Shown here: positions 52,850 through 64,000 of the stretch, piece by piece
How the letters are laid out: each line of letters begins with the position of its first letter
Numbering within the stretch: position 1 is the first letter of the stretch
From: Oopsacas minuta
Taxonomy: Eukaryota; Animalia; Porifera
Direction: 5' to 3'
Assembly: GCA_024704765.1 (NCBI GenBank)
Contig: JAKMXF010000348.1
Location: forward strand, 65,401-129,400
DNA length: 64,000 nucleotides
Program-made: the position numbers and the translations under genes
The notes under the pieces: model-generated
What the model saw: only the letters and a program-made list of their open reading frames with translations
What the model was told of the DNA's origin: nothing
The model's database searches: none

Positions 52850-53790
52850 TGTACGGAAAATATTAATTTAGTATACAGAATGGTTTGATATCGCACAAAC
52901 AGTACTTTTATACACAAGTAAATGTATTACAGATATCTAGAATATCATGTCTCCAAACCAACAAAGCAAAAGAATAATCAAATGTCCAATTTCTTTGCTT
53001 AGTAAGCATTATTTTGGAGAAATGGCCCAATCTTTGATTGGCTGTAAAACGTCGAATATCCCATTTTGCAAAACATATTAAAAATTTGTCATGATAAAGT
53101 GGTAGGTTTTTAAGTTACAGGAGTGGCCATGGATGGTGATTATTAGTCAATATATATTTACATGTCGAAAACCCTCAATGATAAGCAAAAACTCACTATT
53201 GCAGATTTATAGTATATACCCGATTTTCCATACCCTTTTCATGCATATTGATATGATATCTCCTATGATAGTTATGAAATTCTGAATATTACCATATATG
53301 CCTTTATCGATGACTATGCAATAATTTTTGTAGTTATCATATCAAAATGTATTACAAGGGCATGGGAAATCGGGTATAAACTATACATTGGCAATAGTGT
53401 GTTTTGTTATATCATTGAGAGTTTTCGACTTATAAATACATATTGACAATTATAACCATCCATGGTCACTTCTGTAACTCAAAACCTGCCAACTTTATAA
53501 TGGCAATTTTTTATTATGTTTTCAAAAGCATCCTTACATCATTTCGTACGTTAATTTTGAAATCAAAGATGCAATATTACGTTCTACAGCTCATCAAAGA
53601 AGGTTGGGCCATATTCTCCAAATAATGCTTACTAAGGAATGAAATTGGCACATTTTTTATTGTTTTTGTCTTTTAGTTTGGAAACATTATATTCTACAAA
53701 TCAGTAATACATTTACTTGGGCATAAAAGTACTGTTTATGCGATATAAAACCATTCTGTATATTTGTGTCACAATGTTCAGCCATAGCCT
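52850..53790. mobile_element. Foldback palindrome (about 940 bp)
   Basis: 52870-53050 matches rc of 53580-53760 (e.g. CAGAATGGTTT/AAACCATTCTG, AGTAAGCATTATTT/AAATAATGCTTACT). Confidence 0.8.
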
Positions 53791-55387
53791 ACTAAATATA
53801 AGGCCTAACAGCAACTCGAAATTTGGCACCAGGGATGCAGTATTAGCTGGAAGCATTTATAGACAGTTTCTTTATTACAGAAAAATGCATTTTTGGCTGA
53901 ATAAATGTATTACATTTTTGTAGAACAGCAAATTTTACACAAATAAATGCTAAAAACCTTTAGGAATGTGTAAAAATATGTGGCTAGTAAGCATTTATTT
54001 AGCAAAATATGTAATTCTTTGATGCCTTGTAGAACGCTAAATATTGCATTTATCAACTCAAAGTGAATAAATGAAAAGATCTATGGATCCTTTTATACAA
54101 AATATCAAAAGTTTGTCATTCAAAAGTTGTCTCGTTGTTGAGTTAAAGTAGAGACCATGGATGACAAGTTTTTATGAATATTCAATTATAACTCGAGAAT
54201 CATTTAAATTATCGTAAAATCAGGATAGGCAATTTATACTATTTACCCAACTTCCCATACTCTTGGAATACATTTTGATATGATATCTCTCACCAATGTG
54301 ACGATGCCCATGCATGGTCATTTTCAATATTCTGCAATACTCTTCAATTATTTCTTATCAAAATGTATTACAAGGGTATGCGAAGTCGGCTAAATTGTGT
54401 AAATTGACTATCCTGATTTTACGATGATTTAAATGATTCTCGAGTTATAATCGAATATTCATAAAAACTTGTCATCCATGGTCTCCACCTTAACTCAACA
54501 ACGAGACAACTTTTGAATGACAAATTTTTTACATTTTATATAAAAGGATCTATAGATCATTTCATTTATTCACTTTGAGTTGATAAATGCAATATTTAAC
54601 GTTCTACAAGGCATCAAAGAATTACATATTTTGCTAAACAAATGCTTACTAGCCACATATTTATACACATTCTAAAAGTGTTACCATTTTCTGTGTAAAA
54701 TTTGGTGTCCTACAAATCTGCAAAACATTTATTCAGGCAAAAATGTACCTTTTCTACAATAAAGAAACCATGTATATAAATGCTTTCAGCTAATACTTCA
54801 TCCCTGGGGCCTTATTAACTAAAATTCTTAAGTCAAATTCTTAGAATTTTGCTTAACTTTAAGTCAAATTCTTAGAATACGACTCAATTCTTAGAATAAT
54901 TCTAAGAATTCGAACAATTCTAAGAAAAATATTTAGTGAGGTAAAGAGGACACTTAACTTATAATTTATTCTACTTTTCTATGAAATTATAATCAATACG
55001 CATTTAATAATAAAGAAGATTGTTTATCGCTTAAGACAATATGTTTGATTATCATATCTACATGTTGTAATATCCGCAGCATAGAACCATAGTCGAATTA
55101 CATACCAACTATATTTAGATACTATTTCTTGATGTCACTCTGAATTGTATTATGACATCAATAAATGTATTTATGTAATTAAATTATATCTCATATATTT
55201 TGAAACATAATAGTTTTGTATCTAAACTAAGGTAAATAAAGTCAATGTCATTTGAGTGACGTCCTGCAAAAATATACGCAATCTATGCAATTTTATCCAT
55301 TTACGTACATTATCATCTTTAGTGATAAGTATAAATAATGATAAAATGTTAGTTAATTATGATAATATCTTAACACTCGCTCTCATA

Positions 55388-56178
55388 ATGACCACTGAAA
55401 AATCGAAAACTCGTTCAAAGAATTTTACTCAGGAGGAGATTATGTCACTCGTGGATCTCATTCATGATCAAAAATCGAAATTGTTCGGCGCTCTAACATC
55501 AACTCTAACTTTCGATGATAAGAACAAAATCTGGGAAGAAATTTCAGGGAGACTGTCTGAATTAAATGGGAATGTAAGAACAAGAGATGATGTCATGAAA
55601 AAATGGTATAATATACTAACAAAACATAAGCCTCGTATTGCAGATAAGTTAGCATCAGCAAGAAAAACTGGAGGAGGTCCTGCAGATGCTGATTTGGATG
55701 AAATAGAAGCTAAAATCAGTAGCATCAAAGGGAAGGAAGCTTTTGAAGGCATTGAATCGGGTATCGATCTCTCTCTTGAATCCCAGTGTGCAAATGATGA
55801 AACTGAAAGGATGCTGATAAGCCCAGTTCCCTCTGAAGATATTGAAGAAATAAAGTTTTTCCAACAAGCCCCAAGAAAACGTCATCGTTTGGAAAATGAC
55901 GAATTGGAATCGACCAAACGTGCAATTTTAGAGAAAGAAGATAAGAATTGGAGATTTTGACTAACATTGTTTCTAAGCTAGATCGGCTTGAGAGTAAATT
56001 CGATCGAGTGATCCAGATTTTGCAACATACAGCAGCGGATCAATCAAAGACACTTTCTCTTCTGATGGCTCAAACTATGCCTCCTCTGCCGCATTTTCAG
56101 ACCTTGCCCCCTTCATTTCCTACTTCTAATTTCTCTTCATTGCCTCATTACTTTCAAAGTAAGATTAGGAATCCATAA
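55388..56178 (+). pseudogene. Myb/SANT-like DNA-binding protein of the Harbinger element (one frameshift near 55945)
   Basis: RSKNFTQEE..LV..W..I..L..RT..V.KKW..ARKTGGGP. Likely start is ATG 55388. Confidence 0.85.
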
Positions 56179-56253
56179 TTAAGATTATTATGTTATAAGT
56201 AAATCATAGTCGAATTCATTCATGTCCTCAGTTAATTAATTAAACTTCCTATA

Positions 56254-57296
56254 TCATGTGAAATAATTTATAATTATATTTTCTAGAACTAAAATCCCAT
56301 TATCTGAATGTTCAGTGTCTTCTGTTTCGGTGTAGGGTATATCACTTTCCAAGTTTTCAATATGAATTTGGAGACCGCAATCAACACAAAAATTATGAAG
56401 TACCATAGAGGATAAGATTAGTTTGCAAACTCTCTCTGGGCTATAGCACAAACTGCCACCAGTCTTGTCCATTGATCTCCATTTGCTCTTCCATATTCCA
56501 AAGGTACATTCAATTGTCTTTCGAGTCTTCAGGAAAGCACGATTATACCTTCTTTCGCGAGGTGTAACAGGAGATAGTAATGGAGTCATTAAATTTGGGC
56601 GCAACGGATAACCATTATCGCCGAGAAACCATCCATAAAGAATTGGAATTTCTTTACTGGTGATCTTAAGATTGATTCCTGATTGCCTCCATATGAACGC
56701 GTCATGTGTGCTGCCTGGCCACTTCACAACTACATCAATAAACTTGAATACATCGTCACATATCGCTTGGACGTTAATTGGATGAAAACTTTTACGATTA
56801 ACATAAATTGCTTCGTTGGTGCTAGGTGCAACAATTGAGATATGTGTGCCGTCTATGCAACCTAATACTTTAGGAAACCCGAACTTTTCCATAAATCCAT
56901 GCTGCATACTCATCTGTCTAGCAGCAGTTGGAAACTGTATATACTCTTTCGCAATTGAGCACAATGCATCTGTTACACCTCTAACACAGTTGGACACAGA
57001 GGGCTGGGAAATTCCATGAGCTGATGCAACCACAGTTTGGAAACTACCCGTAGCTAGAAACTGAAGAGTGACCGCTAATTGAGTTGTCACCGAAAATGGA
57101 TGAGATTGGCTTGTAGATCGAGACATGAAAGTCTCAATTTTATCATGCAATTCTAAGAACATTTCTCTTCTGATTCTAAACGAGAAATAAACTCTACATC
57201 AGTGTATGCATCAAGAGGGTTTAACCTGTCACGAATTATTCTCTGGCGTCGTAAACTGCCTATTTCCAGCTCCAAAAGAACAAAAAGCGAGGACAT
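56254..57296 (-). pseudogene. HARBI1-like DDE nuclease (one frameshift near 57177)
   Basis: LQFLATG, FPKVLGCIDGTH, YVNRK, WPGSTHD, FLGDNGYP, TIECTFGIWK. N-terminus MSSLF..RDRLNPL lies upstream of the frameshift. Confidence 0.92.
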
Positions 57297-57989
57297 GAGT
57301 ATATACAATAGTACACAAATGAGAAATGCAATGAATATCCTTTTCTATTGGGTGGGGCAATTTATTGTATACTATGCGCATATCTTCTCAAAAAGCGATT
57401 GAAGTCGAATGAATTGGCATAAATTTTATTAATCAATAGCAAGAATCAATCAAGTAGAATTACCCAATTCTAAGAATTATTCTAAGAATTATTCTTAGAA
57501 TCCGTTAGGTATAGCCAAGTTAAGAATTCTTAACGAAAACTAAGAATATTTCATGAATTCTTAGAATTATTCTTAGAAATACACTTAGAATTAAGTTAAG
57601 AATAATTCTTAGAATTTTAGTTAATAAGGCCCCTGGTACTTTTACTGTTAGGCCTTATATTTAGTAGGCTATGGTTTAGCCTGTGTATCTTTGACTGTGG
57701 TTTGGCTTTGTGAAGTCCGTGCTTACCTAGATCTTCAATCTACGTATTTGATACAGTATATATACGATGTATTTACACGACAAATTGCGTAGGATTAACA
57801 ACAAAAATCCAGTGTAAACATATATAACTACATAAATAGTCAATTTCGTACTTTCGTAGGCTAATTATAGCATCAGAGAAAGTATAAGAGCAATACTTAC
57901 AATTTTTGAAAAGGTTTCTATTATTTCACATAAATCCAATTAGTATGTACTATTGAAGATTACATGAATCTGCGAAGATATCCTATCAA

Positions 57990-58300
57990 TTCAACCGAAA
58001 ATATCAGAAGAGCGTTACGCTATAAATGTTCATCTTATGCCATTAAATCTGGACAACTAGTGAGGCGTTAGGAAGAAATTTATCCAATTGTTAAAACTGC
58101 TGATAAACTATAATATATACTTAAAGAAGTGCATGACAAAACGAGCATTAATGTTTCAAATAGTCTTCCAACATCGCAACAGAAAATACTATTAACCAAA
58201 TATGTAAACGAAATTAATTCTGAACATCCTAAAATGCCGTCAAACAAATCAACCTTACTTAAAATATCCTATTGTGCCATTGCAACCACGATGTAGTGAT
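57990..58300 (+). pseudogene. Possible integrase N-terminal remnant (Ginger/Gypsy-like)
   Basis: RALRYKCSSY..GQL..ILKEVHD; KYY*PNM; PLQP; very degenerate. Confidence 0.35.
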
Positions 58301-58699
58301 ATTGGTTACGATACCTATGCTAGACTACACATTAACATGTGCATAACTTATATGGTATAGTTATGATGGAATGGAAATCCCAAGATAGGTAAAACGAACA
58401 AATGTAGCGACATAACTTTTGGACACATCAACTGTATCTTTTATGTACTAATATCTACTATACCAGAGTGGTTCTCAAATAGATACATCTGTATTATCGA
58501 TACTATTGAATTGGTTCAAATATTAACCAGTGCATTTATTGACTTTTGATATATAAGTTTTGAGGGAGGTATGCTATAAGTAAGTATCCAATTTAACGAA
58601 AAAAATTAATATGTATTAACCATATATTACGATACTATCTAGATACGAACAATATTTCTTGATTATCTAGATCGCTGTTCAATTCATACTCATCAAGTA

Positions 58700-59800
58700 A
58701 TGCTAAGTGTATTATAATAGTCATCCTTATTAATCGAAAAGAATTGTATAATCACTGCTAAAACCTAACAAACAATACATGTAATGGGATAGATCTAAAT
58801 GAAATGTAGTTATTGTGTAATCTTTTAGTTTAATCTCATTTTTTGAGGAATTTAGGTTTGAATCTGTGTTATCCATTATTGATATACGAGATAATGTAGC
58901 CCCGTTATCATTGATATTTCCTGGCCCATACTGTATTAAGAAATCATATTCTAGTAACATGAGTGCCCAGAGCCACAACCGCCCTATACTCTCCTGCCTT
59001 GCTAACCACTCCAAGGCTTATGATCTGTGAATATGATAAAATGTATTCCCAGTAGGTGATGTCGGAAGCGTTTTACTGCCCCCCATAATTGCAAGACATT
59101 CCAAATCCATTGACTGTAATTTCTTTGTCCTCTACTATAATATGCTACCACCTGATTCTGTTTTTCCAGACTGCCCCCAATTCAGTGCCACTTGCATCCG
59201 TAAATAACGTAACTGTAATTCAATTTTGGACATATCAATATTGGTTCTCATGTTAGTAAGTCCTTCAGATTCCCAAACGCGGAATTGTTATTATCATTCA
59301 AAGTAAAAACTGAGTCTTTATCCAAGAGTGAGTTTAATGGCTGAGCAATCGAAGAAAAATTCTGAACATATCTTACATAGTAGTTGGTTTATCTCAAAAA
59401 CTGATTTAGTTCTCTTCGGTCCGCTGGCGGTGGTCAGTGCTTGATTCAGTCTACTTAGACCTTTCTGGAGATATTTCCATTGTATTAAACTTGTGTCCCA
59501 AGTAGATAACGGAAGGTTTACCAATTTTACATTTCTTACATCGAAGAGTTAAATTGTGATTCCCAAGTTGTTGAAACCCATTACAGAGAGCTGTTCGATG
59601 TGATTCCACATCTACCGAGAACACCAGTATTTCATCAATAAAGTTATCAGTTCAGTCCGTAAGCCCACATAACAAGTCCAAAAATTCGAAGTTGATGGTG
59701 GGACTAATATGGAGATGGTAATGTTTCAGCATATGCATTTCTCACTGTGATATGGCATTGTCAAGTCCGGTAATTTTGATCGCCCGTGCCTCTCGTGCTA
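58700..59800 (-). pseudogene. Gypsy pol (RT-RNase H) remnant
   Basis: FIDEILVFS (decayed YxDD), KC..VIYLGH, GRLWLWALMLLEYDF.I.Y.PG..N..TLSR. No LTRs found. Confidence 0.7.
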
Positions 59801-60521
59801 TAAAATTCCAAGCTCCTGCAATCAAAACTGTTGATTTTATTTTTGCCATTCATTATCACCAAATTGGGCTGAAATCACGAGTGTGAAGTTGGCTGAATAT
59901 TCGACCAGCAGTACTTCAACCATTAATTTGACCAACTTCCCATAGTCAGAATGTAAATATTTTTAGGTCATTCGAAAGAAGAGATACGGACGTTTCTGAA
60001 AATAATTTATATTTTATGAACTTTAATTTTTTCTAATAGAAATTGGTGCATCTAAGCAGCAATAGTTCACATATGAATTTAGTATACTTAAACAAATTAT
60101 TTTTTCCTGAAATCAGGGGCATGTATTCCTGCTGTATGGACGTTTATGTGTTTAAAATATTATGGTAAAATAAACAAAACTTTGAGATATTTAAATTTGA
60201 AAACTGGCTTGCTAGAATCGAGTCTCTAATAGATTTGTACTAAGCACACAAATTTAATGAAACAATCTAATCCATTCTAACTATAGTAACGCATATAGAT
60301 TACTGCAATATCAACTGTTTGATCTCAGTTGACTCATTATGAATTACTCAAAGATCAGAATGTACTTTCAATTAATGCCATAGCATTTACTTTCCATATA
60401 TTCCAAAATAGATTAAATAACAATCAAAGTTTAAATGTCTAGTAGAAATGAATAATTCGGAGTTATTTGCTAAATTTCAATGACTTAAATCAACTACTGT
60501 TAGATGTACCATGAAATCATT

Positions 60522-60960
60522 CTAATAATATACATATCCACATGATAACTTCCCCATTAGAAATACAAAACACTGCTGCTGAAGTGTAAACCTCTTGAAA
60601 TAGTCCTTTCGTATTTGTATCAATATTATCTTATATTTCCTCCATTCATTAACAACTCTTTTATTTTTATCACTTTCATCAAAAAATCTTTCACGATTGT
60701 ACAATTCCAAACTCTAATACAAGTCTTGTTGACTTAGGTTTGTTGTCTATTTTCAATATACAGTTTTTCTCGAATAGTACTTCGGGACTATTATATATTT
60801 CGAGGTCCCTTCAGGGGGGCGATTATTCGAAGAAGGGCTACCTACTATTCGAGAAAAAGGTATCTAAATTCTGCCCTATATCAAAGATTGTATTATTTTC
60901 TCCACATTTAGAATCATACTTTCGTTTCGACCCTCCTTCAATGGAACCAAATAGTTTCAT
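60522..60960 (-). pseudogene. Unknown ORF (about 110 codons) divergent from the MULE-like gene, disrupted by a MITE and one frameshift
   Basis: Removing 60761-60860 plus one TA restores frame: MKLFGSIEGG..QNLD|ILKIDNKPK..[fs]LELYNRERFFDESDKNKRVVNEWRKYK. Confidence 0.45.
60761..60860. mobile_element. 100-bp pogo/Tc1-type mini-MITE
   Basis: TIR C(A/C)(G/T)TTTTTCTCGAATAGTA; TA flanks at 60759-60 and 60861-62. Confidence 0.8.
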
Positions 60961-61164
60961 TACTTCAAGTGGAATCAATATTTCAAAATGTAGCTACCTT
61001 TCTTCCTATTTAAATTATTTCGGTCTCATCGGAACACGTGCTTGATGTGCAATAATCAACTATAACAAAAGTTAGATTTACCTTAACACGTTTTCTGGTG
61101 AGTACGACCCATATAGTATTTTTATGTTTCCTTTTTAGTTCCACGAGACCTTTAGCTGTTACTT

Positions 61165-64000
61165 TTGTATATCGAATCCACTTTCAATTCATACAAAGAG
61201 GTTGCGAGTTCACTTTCTGTTGGTCCTAACGTTAGTAATTCTATTTGGGGCATTATTTGTAAAAAACTACATGGCCGCAATAATCCGGCTCAAAGAAAAT
61301 CTATTTATTCGAAATGGAAAAATAATTCACACAATATCCGCGTGGTATTCGAGCGAGTAATCGATCCATCAGTCTTGCCTCAGCCATCTATAGATTTCAT
61401 ACCGTGTAAATCGCTTTCTCCATGTCCACCACCTCCACAAAGTACAACCGAATCATGATTGTGAGTTATAGTCTCGACTCTTTCTCAATAGTGGATTTGC
61501 CATCTCTTCAAACTGCCACAATTTATCGAGATATTATCCATTGCCTGGAATCTGCGTCTTCTTTTCATGATAATCATGAAGGAATATGTTGGGAGTCAAT
61601 TGAACAGGATTTGTTAGATGATAGGCTAATGGTGATTTGGTCTTCAGCTCCATCAGACCTATCTCATTACTATGATTTGAGAGATGAGCAATACAGTATC
61701 GACCTTTGCGGATGTAATGATAGTAGTAGTTTAGTCGAATTTTATTATTACAACAATCACCAGGCTCAGTTGTGGATTGATGGTTGTAACTTTTACCGTT
61801 ATCGGAGTTCAAATTCTTACGAATGTTTTTGGCAATTTGAAAGTATTGAATTTGTACAGTGTAGTTCATTCGTAAATAATTTTCCAAAAAGTCAGTATGA
61901 ACATCAAGTCATTGAGCAGACAGCCATGTTGCTAATGTGGATAGTTCTTCATAAAATTGATTGTAAGCCAACTATTTTGTTTAAGAATAAGTACTTGCTC
62001 CTGAGGAAAGATCAGATGAGTTTATTTATTCATTGGGTAGTCAAATTGAGAGACCAGTTTCCCTGTATTGGTATTGAGGTATTTAAAGCTCTCTATACTA
62101 ATTGCATTAATGCTAGGATATGCAGAATAGAAATTTCCCCGGATTGTCACCAACCCCTGGCTCTGAAAATACTCCTCATCTTCCTGTTGACGAGGATTTT
62201 GAAGATGAAGATCCTATCAAATGCAACAATATTATGTCAAATACAGTTAATGACCAAATAGCCCCGTTATCTGATAAATCTGATGTATTTCTTATGACAC
62301 CAGAGTCAAACGTCAATGGAGAATTTCTTCTTGAGATTGGTGAATGGGATAGTATTCATTTTATCGATTTTCAAGGTAGAGATATATTGAATAGAGATTG
62401 GACAGCTGTGTTTAGCAATAAAATATCTAAATTATATCCAGCATGTGTTCTTAAATTTAACAATTATTGGTTTAGAAAGTCTTCCAGCCGAAAATAAATG
62501 CGCCCTACTTTCGAGCATCTGCTGAATGCAAGTTTTCTAATTGTTACAAATTTTAGTTTTGTGTTGACGAGCTTGTAACTACGAATACAATCACAATACA
62601 ATATGTAGTAAGTGGTTCACTCTCCTTGCAATAGTCTGATGGAGAGACTGTATATGCACGTCATATATCTGGTAGTTTGCGAAAAATTTATGGAGAAATT
62701 CTTCAGCACACATCTGTCACAAATATTTTTCATAAACAGTTCAACTGTCAAAGTAGCTCAATGGAATATTGTAGAGGTAATTTTACTAGCCTGAGGTCTC
62801 AAGAATGCTTAAGACAGATAAAAACTGAAGCTATATCATCAAATAGATTCTCTAATGATCTAATTACAGATATTTTATCACTCAAGAATATTATCGTAAC
62901 TTATTGAGTGAAAAGCCAATACCTGGTTACATTCAATATTTTGTTAAGGAACCCTTCATTATGCATCTATATATGAAGAGGCAGATAGAGGTGTTGAAAT
63001 ATTTAACTAAAGATATAGTTTTGCATTTGGATGCTACAGGTTCCATTATATGTAGACCTCAGTTTTTCACCAAATCTATTTATTATTATTCTTTAACTCT
63101 ACAACATCCCGATTACCACATTACACCTATCCCTGTAGCAGAAATGATAAGTTCGGACCAAGGAACTGCTGAGATAACCCACTTCCTTAACAAATGGTAC
63201 TTGAATTCAAAGTTAATTGTACACAAAGAAATATTCATGACAAGAGTGGAAATAGATTACAGTTGGGCATTGATTCATAGCCATTATCGCATTAAATAAA
63301 ATTAATATTTTAGGGTATTTAGAGAGTTTTTGGAGAAAAATAAATTCAGACAAAAGCTCGGTTGATGTGGATGTCTTCATTGTAATTCATTTATATTCTG
63401 CTCACGTAATGCATAAGTTGAGTCAGAACTTGTCAAAAACATTCAAATCGATAAAACTCTAAAACAACTAATCCTGCATGTCTTTGCTGCAATTTTGAGA
63501 AGTATTACGATGGGAGAAATAAGTCGACTTTTCATCTTACTGTGTAATGATTTATCTGTTGAGCATTCAACCGAAATTATCAGTTCAAGTTTAGTAGAGT
63601 TAAACGATTTAGTGAAGGGTAAAATAGAATTACAGTTAGAAACGAAGGAAAATATGAACTTGATACTGATACGAAAGAGAATCCTACCACTTATCGTTGT
63701 AAATCACCAGTTGGTAGACATTTCGATACTCTGAGAAAAGATAATTGCACAGATCATATTATTCACAAAGGCAATCGATCAAATCCATGTTATTCTCTGG
63801 AAGTTTTAGAATATCTGCTGACATATTATATGCCAATTGTACCTCTTTGGACTGGAATTATACTGTCTAGGAGCAATGAAAACCTGTGTAAGGCTAGTAA
63901 TGCAAATGCAGAAAATTGGTTCGGAATAGTCAAACATCCAATTTTAGAAACGAAGGTAAACCTAAGAGCTGGCGATTTTATACGTACAATGTATGAATAT
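61165..64000 (+). pseudogene. MULE-type (NOF-FB 120-kDa-like) transposase pseudogene, continuing past the window end
   Basis: LHLDATGS (D1), PVAEMISS, VEIDYSWAL (D2), HLYSAH (decayed CxxH), NANAENWFGIVKH (E); several frameshifts. Confidence 0.7.
61422..62261 (+). CDS. Unknown 279-aa ORF overlapping the MULE N-terminal region in a different frame
   Basis: 840 nt without a stop in AT-rich DNA; no recognisable motif. Confidence 0.5.
   Translation: MSTTSTKYNRIMIVSYSLDSFSIVDLPSLQTATIYRDIIHCLESASSFHDNHEGICWESIEQDLLDDRLMVIWSSAPSDLSHYYDLRDEQYSIDLCGCNDSSSLVEFYYYNNHQAQLWIDGCNFYRYRSSNSYECFWQFESIEFVQCSSFVNNFPKSQYEHQVIEQTAMLLMWIVLHKIDCKPTILFKNKYLLLRKDQMSLFIHWVVKLRDQFPCIGIEVFKALYTNCINARICRIEISPDCHQPLALKILLIFLLTRILKMKILSNATILCQIQLMTK

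Larger units (their letters stand above)
54807..57632. mobile_element. PIF/Harbinger-superfamily two-gene transposon with CTG TSD (NuwaI-like), 2826 bp
   Basis: 22-bp TIR GGGCCTTATTAACTAAAATTCT; TSD CTG at 54804-06 and 57633-35; convergent Myb and nuclease ORFs; subterminal ATTCTTAGAAT arrays. Confidence 0.9.
53780..57680. mobile_element. Second foldback palindrome of a related family, right arm interrupted by the Harbinger
   Basis: CCATAGCCTACTAAATATAAGGCCTAACAG near 53785 is inverted at 57645-57675; arms 53830-54290 and 54300-54806 are near mirror images. Confidence 0.85.

Noticed and set aside
55256-55387. N-terminal extension of the Myb ORF given in the ORF track (likewise 8432-8449 for Chapaev3)
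   Set aside because: Homology starts at downstream ATGs (55388 and 8450); the extensions begin at non-ATG codons.
52040-59900. A single LTR retrotransposon spanning both Gypsy fragments
   Set aside because: The fragments are on opposite strands, and no LTR pair, PBS or PPT is visible.

Overview
AT-rich eukaryotic (animal-like) DNA that is almost entirely transposable elements, often nested, around one recognisable host gene: an intact, intronless palmitoyl-protein thioesterase 1 (PPT1, 33122-34012, minus strand). The species cannot be determined from the sequence. I see no tRNA, rRNA or CRISPR features. TE groups supported by protein motifs and/or TIR+TSD structure: a decayed RAG1-like/Transib-family transposase (1350-3540); six Tc1/mariner elements of about 1.3 kb (three DD37D, one of them intact, and three DD37E-type); two Chapaev3 elements (TTA TSD); several hAT elements and MITEs (two with perfect 8-bp TSDs); an intron-rich Ginger-type integrase; a Merlin fragment; a P-superfamily THAP element (about 164-bp TIRs, 7-bp TSD); a two-gene Harbinger-type element with a CTG TSD; Gypsy RT remnants; Helitron-like MITEs; foldback palindromes; and a MULE/NOF-like transposase running off the right edge. 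The most notable item is the RAG1-like pseudogene. It combines Transib-type core motifs with RAG1/RAG1L-type features: an NBD-like segment, HKLLAH, EGTESCNK and a C-terminal CxxCxxxGH motif. It also has a 63-nt intron and CACAGTG/CACTGTG heptamers downstream, but no RAG2-like partner is visible. Family assignments come from recalled motifs and manual translation, not database searches.
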